From the NCBI GenBank assembly GCA_043228905.1, contig JBHGNT010001392.1, positions 1-9,065 on the forward strand: DNA of 9,065 nt, read 5' to 3'. This stretch comes from Azolla caroliniana. Taxonomy: Eukaryota > Plantae > Polypodiophyta. Below, one piece after another: positions 8,276 through 9,065 of the stretch. The position numbers were made by a program, and so were the translations under genes. The notes beneath the pieces were generated by a model. That model saw only the letters and a program-made list of their open reading frames with translations. It did not search any database and was not told where the DNA came from. Every line of letters begins with the position of its first letter. The first letter of the stretch is position 1.

Positions 8276-8287
8276 GGTGGGAGTGGA
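8276..8287 (+). promoter_or_regulatory. Imperfect polypurine tract of element 2
   Basis: GGTGGGAGTGGA directly before TGTCGT; same position as the element 1 PPT. Confidence 0.65.
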
Positions 8288-9065
8288 TGTCGTGATGTGG
8301 CATGCTCGAGAGTGGGAAAAACTGGCGAAAGGGGGGGTCAAAATGTGCATGTGCAATGTTTGTGCGTGGTTTAAGGAATTTTATTCCTTTTTTGCATTAA
8401 AGGCAAAATTGGCGACCTCCCCTTCCTTTTTTCCTATAAAAGGAGGTCGAGGGGGGCTCATTCGAGGAGGACGTTTTTGGGAGGAGGAGACTATCGCCAT
8501 TTTTCCTTTAGAGCTCTTCATGGTCTTATTCACCACTTCTCTTCATCTCATACCCCTCCATCCCCCCACCGCCACGTGCTCGTCTTCTTCGTGTCGGCAC
8601 TCGAAGTGCTCGTGAGCCCAAGCTTCGTTGGTTCGACATTGCTCCGCCCCATTCGTCGTTGCGAGCCGGTGTGCTCACCGTTCGGGTGGTCGTGGTTCAT
8701 TGGGATTGGCATTTTGGTGGTGCTCGTGTGTTCATCTTCACTGTGGTCAGATTTTCTCTTGTCTCTAAGGGCATTTAGTATTTATGTTTTGATTGAGCTT
8801 GTGGTTAACTATAAGTTACCATTGTAATCAAAGCCTATTTTATAAAGGGTCCTCTTGCGTTGGAATCGAACACGTATTTATTTCTTTGGCCGATATCATT
8901 CGTGTTTCTTTCTTTCCTTCTTTTCTTTGTTCGTGTCTTCCTTGTACGTTCGGCCGTCTTGTGACGAGGGAGCGTTTCGAGCGTGCCCATGCACCTCTCC
9001 TCCTCATAAAGACGTACGAGCATTTGTGCATGTGTTTGTGTCTTCCTTGTACGTTCGGCCGTCTT
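8288..9065 (+). repeat. 3' LTR of element 2 (right end not seen)
   Basis: Starts TGTCGTGATG after the PPT; TATAAAA at 8435-8441; no ACGACA terminus found within the window; no visible similarity to the element 1 LTR interior. Confidence 0.72.
8933..9065. repeat. Direct repeat with 105-bp period, truncated by window end
   Basis: GTGTCTTCCTTGTACGTTCGGCCGTCTT at 8933-8960 and 9038-9065. Confidence 0.85.

Larger units (their letters stand above)
6963..9065 (+). mobile_element. Second, related Ty3/Gypsy element (element 2): 3' part, interrupted by element 1
   Basis: Integrase clearly homologous to that of element 1, followed by a shared pre-PPT motif, a G-rich tract and a TGTCGT LTR start at 8288. 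Confidence 0.92.

Noticed and set aside
8265-9031. ORFs of 62-116 aa, including hydrophobic 8477-8827
   Set aside because: They lie within the inferred LTR; the hydrophobicity reflects T-rich sequence and no domain is recognisable.

Overview
Eukaryotic, probably land-plant (possibly bryophyte) repeat DNA made of two nested Ty3/Gypsy LTR retrotransposons, with no host genes. Element 1 (minus strand, 1-6962) is nearly complete: 5' LTR 6258-6962 with TGTCGT...ACGACA ends, an 18-nt tRNA-Trp PBS, gag with a CCHC knuckle, protease, RT, RNase H, integrase, PPT, and a 3' LTR cut by the window edge (1-590). It carries three coding lesions. It is inserted in opposite orientation into the pol gene of a related, more decayed element 2 (plus strand, 6963-9065: integrase remnant, PPT, 3' LTR from 8288). 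The most notable observations are a candidate -1 frameshift signal (GGAUUUU plus pseudoknot) between protease and RT, a tRNA-like Pol III A/B-box module inside the LTR, all LTR-LTR mismatches confined to one 139-bp tract over that module, a 23-nt hairpin identical in both elements just before the PPT, and strong CAG/CTG avoidance. All alignments and counts were done by eye; no database searches were run.
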